Assembly: GCA_963924565.1 (NCBI GenBank)
Contig: OZ004613.1
Coordinates: 22,382,001 to 22,446,000 of the forward strand
Origin: Ascidiella aspersa
Taxonomy: Eukaryota
Length of the DNA: 64,000 nucleotides
Direction: 5' to 3'
Of the stretch, positions 58,501 to 64,000 are shown one piece after another (position 1 is the stretch's first letter; the number at the start of each line of letters is the position of its first letter). A program made the position numbers and the translations under genes. The notes beneath the pieces were generated by a model that was given only the letters and a program-made list of their open reading frames with translations, ran no database searches and had not been told where the DNA came from.

Positions 58501-59799
58501 ATTTACCAAAATAACATTACTTGGTAAATTATTACTAAAGTTGGGTACACTATGCACGGATCTGTAATGTAGCTTGATAATGAATTACAAAGCCAAAAAG
58601 GTCGAGTCATTTGAAGATGATACAAGCTCGTATCGAAACGTCTTAATTAAGATGATGTCGATCTAGTCGATTTTTTGGCTTTGAAATTCATTATATCATA
58701 TTACTAAATTGAATATAGAAACAGGTTGTTTAAAAGTCGTGGATTTTAAATACGCAATCTTTTATTAAAGATGTGACAACTTAAGGTTTTAAATGAATAG
58801 AGCTTTGCCCCCCGGCAAAAATATAACATTTTTTCGGCTCACCACGGATAAAAGGTGAGCACGGAATATTTTCTACACAGAAATGAAACTAACCTGTACC
58901 TATATTCATTGCAAATAAATAATATTTTCGGTAGAACATGTGTCGCATTTCCATATTTTCATCAAAGAGAAATATTAAAAAAAAACTCGACCGTGGAAAG
59001 TGGTAATAGCGTTTTTTATTTTCATCGAAAACATTGGAACATTGTTCTATATAATACTGAAGACCATACTCTTTTATTTTTCCGAGGCTGTGCAATTGCA
59101 CAGGAGGGGTGGGGGCAAATATTTGCGCAAAAAGGCTGTCTAACAACAATAAAATTCCGTGTGGGCCGAATAAAGATTAGGATCAGATGCATAATACGAA
59201 CTTGTTTCTTAAAATAAGCTGTAAAAGCATTGGTTCAATAAGCTATAGTGAGAGTTAAGGTGAGGTTACCTTACGAGTCTAAATCCATATAAAAATTAAT
59301 GGGTTATTTGCCTACGTGTATTTTATGTTTAGCCCATTAATCGTTATTTTTAGTTTCGTCAGCTCCGTTAAACCCGAGCGTTTCATGCGCTGAATTTGAC
59401 AAAGGCAACTTATGTGCGTGTATTACAGCTGTGTCTGTGTATCAAATGTTGCGTGCCAATAGATCCAATTAGAAGTCAGATATTTGCCTTTCAAGGTCAG
59501 CGTACCGGCGTCATACTGCTTACGTTGAATCGGTGTGCAAACAGCGCGGTGTCAAGCTGCTGATTTTTAACCTGGAAGAAGGCTGGAGACCTTTGTGCGA
59601 CTTTCTCGACCAACCAATACCCGAAACCGAGTTCCCGCATCTCAACAAGAATGCGGGAGTTTCGCGCGGCGAACTGCGTGACCAGATCAAGGTTTACGCG
59701 GACAGGGTGAAAGGCGAAGTGTCGGCACGAATTCGACTGGCGGTTTTATCGTTTTCGACATTGCTGGTCGTGTTTTTGTGCGTGTCTTGGACTTGGTAA
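55545..59799 (+). CDS. P-loop sulfotransferase-like protein (Sulfotransfer_4-type), 4 exons, ~265 aa, C-terminal membrane anchor
   Basis: Join 55545-55799, 57689-57769, 58281-58438, 59496-59799 (798 nt, GT-AG, in phase). Motifs MKVICAGLPKTGTKS, DAVVDLP, YPQSKVILTVR, EGWRPLCDFL..P.P...FPHLN; hydrophobic tail LAVLSFSTLLVVFLCVSW. Confidence 0.87.
58541..58695. mobile_element. Internally deleted copy of the 47106 foldback family
   Basis: Same 5' end (gggt.cactatgcacggat) and right arm; TTGAAGA-T-GATAC..GTATC-GAAACGTC at 58611-58642. Confidence 0.75.
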
Positions 59800-60012
59800 T
59801 TTCATAGCGCTGCAAAATGACTAATTACCTGTTTTAATTGCCAGACTACAAAATAACGTAATCCTCAGTCTTAAAGTGGAAAACAACAATTTATTGTACT
59901 TCTATTGAGAAGGTGTATGTTATATGAGTGAAACTTTGACGTTGTACGTATAGGCATGATTGATTGTCATGTGGCGACCTACGTGATTATCGTGTAAAAC
60001 CTTACTGTAAGC

Positions 60013-60418
60013 CAGGGGTTCTCAACCTGTGGTACGCGAAGGGTTTTCAGGTAGTACGCGAGTAGCTTCTCTTTTTTCACAAAAACACAACACAACTTTG
60101 TATTTTGTTTATCTGGTTTAGTTTGCAAAAAAATCTCCCGAAGCTTATTCATTGTTACGTAACTATCCCGGTTGTTTCGTAACTTTACGATCTTCAAAAC
60201 ACACGCCAAGTCAATTGTCCAAGAAGCACAGTTGCTTTGAAAAGCGGTACAACGCTGTGGGACAGTGGCCGTTAGTTATGTCAAACGATTGCTCTTGATA
60301 TACATCAACTACTACAAAATGCTAGTTGTACGATAAAAATATGCTTGGATCAAATTAGTTGTTCTGCAAGAAGTGGTACGCGTGGCAGTACAGATCGTGA
60401 AAAGGTTGGGAATCCCTG
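60013..60418. mobile_element. hAT-type MITE
   Basis: TIR CAGGGGTTCTCAACCT / AGGTTGGGAATCCCTG; perfect TSD CTGTAAGC. Confidence 0.9.
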
Positions 60419-60843
60419 CTGTAAGCTGTCGCGTTTTGCCACGAAACAAGACTTGTATGTGTCAACAATTACAGCCAGTAAACAAGGAGCAACTTTTACG
60501 ACTTGTAAACCGTCTTTGCTGTATTGAAATTTACTTGTCGACAATTCAATTTAAAAAAAATAAAAAGTCGTTTATGCTTCGATTGGTTTTCTAGAAAGTT
60601 GTAGCACTTGTAAATGTTACATGCTTACTATTAATAAGTTATTTAAAAACGTCGAATATTGTGTCAGTCATCTGTCAGATGGGTGAACATAAGAAATCTA
60701 GAGGGGAACACACAATAAGATTTAAAAGCCAAAATACCTAGAACAGAAAAATCTATAAAACCATAGTATTAAGACCAACGACATAATACAGCCAATTACT
60801 GAGTAATATCCCTTATATCCCCTACAGCATAAGTACAAAAACG

Positions 60844-61095
60844 TCTGAATAAGACCTAAATCTGTCGGAATAAGGTCTAAATTCATCGGAAAAGGGCCTA
60901 AATTCATCGAAATAAAGCCTAAATTCATCGGAATTAGTCCTAAATTCATCGGAATAAAGACTAAGTTCATCGGAATAAGGCCTAAATTCATTGAAATAAG
61001 TCCTAAATCCATCGGAATAAGGCCTAAATTCATCGGAATAAGTCCTAAATTCATCAGAATAAGGCCTAAATTCTTCGTAAGAAGACCTAAATGGC
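60844..61095. repeat. 21-bp minisatellite x12
   Basis: Consensus TCGGAATAAGGCCTAAATTCA; lies inside the dispersed repeat 60730-61530. Confidence 0.93.
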
Positions 61096-61859
61096 CATAA
61101 TAACGCCAGAATCTGTGGGTAGAGGGTATGGGACGATCGGGGGCCATTGGTCTGGCATCGGCCGTTTTGGTTCCAAGGTTTGGACGCCATAGTCTGGCCG
61201 GCGCCGTCAGGGCGCCGCTGTTTTGGCAACGGATTTTCGGTCCTGTTTGGGGTTATTGGTGGGTAATGGGTGGGTGGGGTTTGAAAATGGGTTAGTGTTG
61301 AAATTATTAGGGGAGTTAGTGATGTACTTAGGGGTGGGGTTAGGGGTTAGTTAAATTGTTATTTAGGCCTGATTCTGACCTTTTAGGTCTTATTCTGACG
61401 GATTTATAACTTATTCCGATTTAGACGTTAGTAATACCATTAGGTATTTGTCCTATTTTGGCCTTATTCCGAATTGTGTTTTGTTCTGACGTTGAGGTTG
61501 TTCTTATCTCGGTCTTATGGCTGGAGTCCATCTAGAGCCCTATTTTCGATACACATATGTTGTTTACCACAAATAGCGACACCATCAGGCCTACATAACT
61601 ATATATTCTTTATCTTGTTACTTGAATAAAACGCAACACTTCCCTCAAATCAATTATTTAAAAATATTGTGAACACAAAATCGCGAGCATAACCGTCACT
61701 CTATTTTTGCAGCCTAAAGTAGATAAATAATAAAACTTTATCTTCTATTTAAACATAAGCTAGCTTAGCGGATTTTAAGCTTTCTATAAGTTTTGGCCAC
61801 CTTCCATAGCCTCTTAACACTTTGCGGCCCCTTGCTCACGTTTGGCAAATGGGTAATGA

Positions 61860-64000
61860 CAGTTTTAAACCGGTCCGCAGTGCAAAAAAGGTTGCCGACC
61901 CCTGTTATAAAACACTCTCACAAGGTTAAAACCAAAGAATAGCTAAAAATACGTATTTTTCGTTACAGGCTCTTGTAGCGACTTCTACTGGCCTGCAGCC
62001 CATGCTAGCCGGTTGCCTGGACAATCGCAAAAACTGGGTGAAACTGGCCGAATCCGGAACCAGTCTGTAACATCTATTAACTTTAAATAACATCAAATCG
62101 CAAGCGCCCATTAGTCTTCAAAATTTTTTGTGCAACGTTCCTCTTCTTGATGCATTTCCGCGTGTTTCGTATCGTTCGCCTTTCACCGTTATATCTTGTT
62201 CGCTTTTTTTACCCCACCTGTTTTCAGCGGTATTCCACCGAGGAACGGGTGGTGGAAAGGTCATCGGTCAAAAGCGTAATAGAAATTGCCGCCCGTAATT
62301 GCATAGACGGTGTGTCGTGTGTTACAGTTTGTTGCGAACAAAGAAAGAAGGGGCTTGAGGGCTGTTGCATCTACCCGAGGTTGGCATCAAAGTAACAACA
62401 GGAGCAACTAGAAAGGGAAGCATAGACGGATCGAAGCCATTTGCTCAAAAAAATAAAATGCAAATAGAAAATACCAGTTTATCTAGTAGATATACGGTAC
62501 AAATTAATTAGAAAAAAATGGTCTTAAGTTAAGTGTGAATTTGGAAGAAAAGTTGTGTGAGGTTATTGTAATGTTAACAATCCTACTAATCCGTAAAAAG
62601 TAGAGTTCTAATTTGCAATTATCAAGCATAAAATTTACATGATTTTTGAAATGAATAGATCATTAGAATAAACAGCCTGCGAAAAAGTGACAAATTTATT
62701 TTTAAGTCCTTTGGTATCCCCGGAACTGCTTACATATCTATAGCGTTCTTTTCAATCGTCCAGCTTTAGTTATTTCAAAAATTTCACCTTCCTTTAAATT
62801 TCCTTTATTTTGGTAAATATGATATTGGAAAGAGTAATTTCAGTAGTGTATATATTCTTACACGACTAATGCCATGCTTCTTTGGTTTAGAACATGGTTT
62901 GGCAACCTACGGCCCGCCACATATTTGACAAGAGGTCATTCTTCATAATTTTTGGTTGTTACAACTACCTAAAAGCAAGCTCCTGCATCGAGTGTAACAA
63001 GTATAAGTTCGAGCCTTTTCAATCGCAAATACCCTAATTTTATCTCTGAAAATCAGTCGTTGTGGTTGTTATAATAAGATGCGTAAAGTCTACACAGTTA
63101 ACATGTAATTATACTTGCAGACTGCGAATCCTCATTTTCCAGCATCAAACGTTTGTAGTTTTGCTTCATGTGTTAAATTGGGGTTTAACGCAGTGGCGTC
63201 CGAAACAGCGTTTCGATAAAGAAATTACTGCTGTAACGTCGTACCGGTAAATATATTCACTTGTTTCTGGGCCATGTCCCAACAAAATAATTTTTTGCCT
63301 ATGTAAAATGTCGTTCTTGGGCTGAATATACAGTTCCTTTAGTTTAAACGGACAAAAACGTAGTAAACAAGGACAGAAGTTAAATTTTGCAAAGGTTGGC
63401 CGAAAATATAGTCTGCGGGGCATGGCTTGATGCCCTCTGGATCCGATCCTGGGCTCGAAAACACCATTGCAAATACAAACAAGAAGCTTATTTTGTTTAC
63501 TGAAGTTGAACAGCGACTTCCAACGTAACCTATTTGCTTTGTGGTAGCTTACGTAACCACAACCTGAAAACCCACACGCTGATGAAATGTGCATAATTAT
63601 GATTAAATTTTCAACAACGGCAGAAAAGTGTTTAATTTGAAGTCGCCGATAGATTGCGCTACCTAGTTGCTGTAAGAACTGTATTGACATAACTTACGGG
63701 TCATGTTTCAAAGGTCACTTCTCCCCAGGTAGCCAATGCTGTGCTGTCGTTGCCCATTGAAACGCAAATGTAAAATGAACTTTCAGAGCATACTGCTTTT
63801 GGCGAATAGCTTTAAAATTAGAGCGATTTTAGTTGGAATTTGCCCTACAGTTAAGTTTACCCTGTAATATAAACACGACAAGACGTTTAATTCCGAAACA
63901 ACAGCAGCGTGAAGTTGTGCGTATGCGAAGGTAAACGTGGTTGAACTTTAAACGGCTCGCCTTACACAGCCACGCACAGTTTTTCTCGCAGGGTCAAACC
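61860..64000 (+). repeat. Segmental duplication, copy 2 (runs off window end)
   Basis: Begins cagttttaaaccggtccgc as at 52522 and continues to the last base. Confidence 0.95.
61969..62070 (+). other. Duplicate of PDE terminal exon 20 (orphan or alternative last exon)
   Basis: 102 nt identical to 52631-52732 with intact ttacag acceptor and stop. Confidence 0.9.

Noticed and set aside
60722-61229. Heptad-repeat ORFs (MNLGLIP / DEFRPYS) and a CRISPR-like appearance
   Set aside because: Contiguous 21-bp minisatellite with no unique spacers; the ORFs are a by-product.
63166-63690. 174-aa minus-strand ORF
   Set aside because: The paralogous copy at 53823-54358 is frameshifted and no motif is recognisable; non-coding duplicate.

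Overview
AT-rich, intron-rich animal genomic DNA from a compact invertebrate-type genome (an ascidian is plausible but not provable from the sequence). Three genes can be spliced by hand with GT-AG junctions and consistent phases. (1) A + strand GAF-GAF-catalytic cyclic-nucleotide phosphodiesterase of the PDE5/PDE11 group, 11317-52732, 20 coding exons per isoform, about 881 aa. (2) A complete 11-exon MGAT5 (GlcNAc-transferase V) gene, about 712 aa, nested antisense in one PDE intron (38904-44548). (3) A 4-exon P-loop sulfotransferase-like gene (55545-59799). The main finding is a tandem pair of homologous 64-nt exons in the PDE catalytic domain (47502-47565 and 49415-49478). They must be mutually exclusive, and they swap residues around the metal-binding Asp and the purine pocket. 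Flanking intronic complementary elements fit a docking-site/selector RNA-pairing mechanism. Also present: intronic foldback elements with minimal type I hammerhead-like motifs, many hAT-type MITEs with nnnTAnnn target duplications, minisatellites, and a duplication of at least 2.1 kb that copies the PDE terminal exon 9.3 kb downstream. Family assignments rest on recalled motifs, not on database searches.
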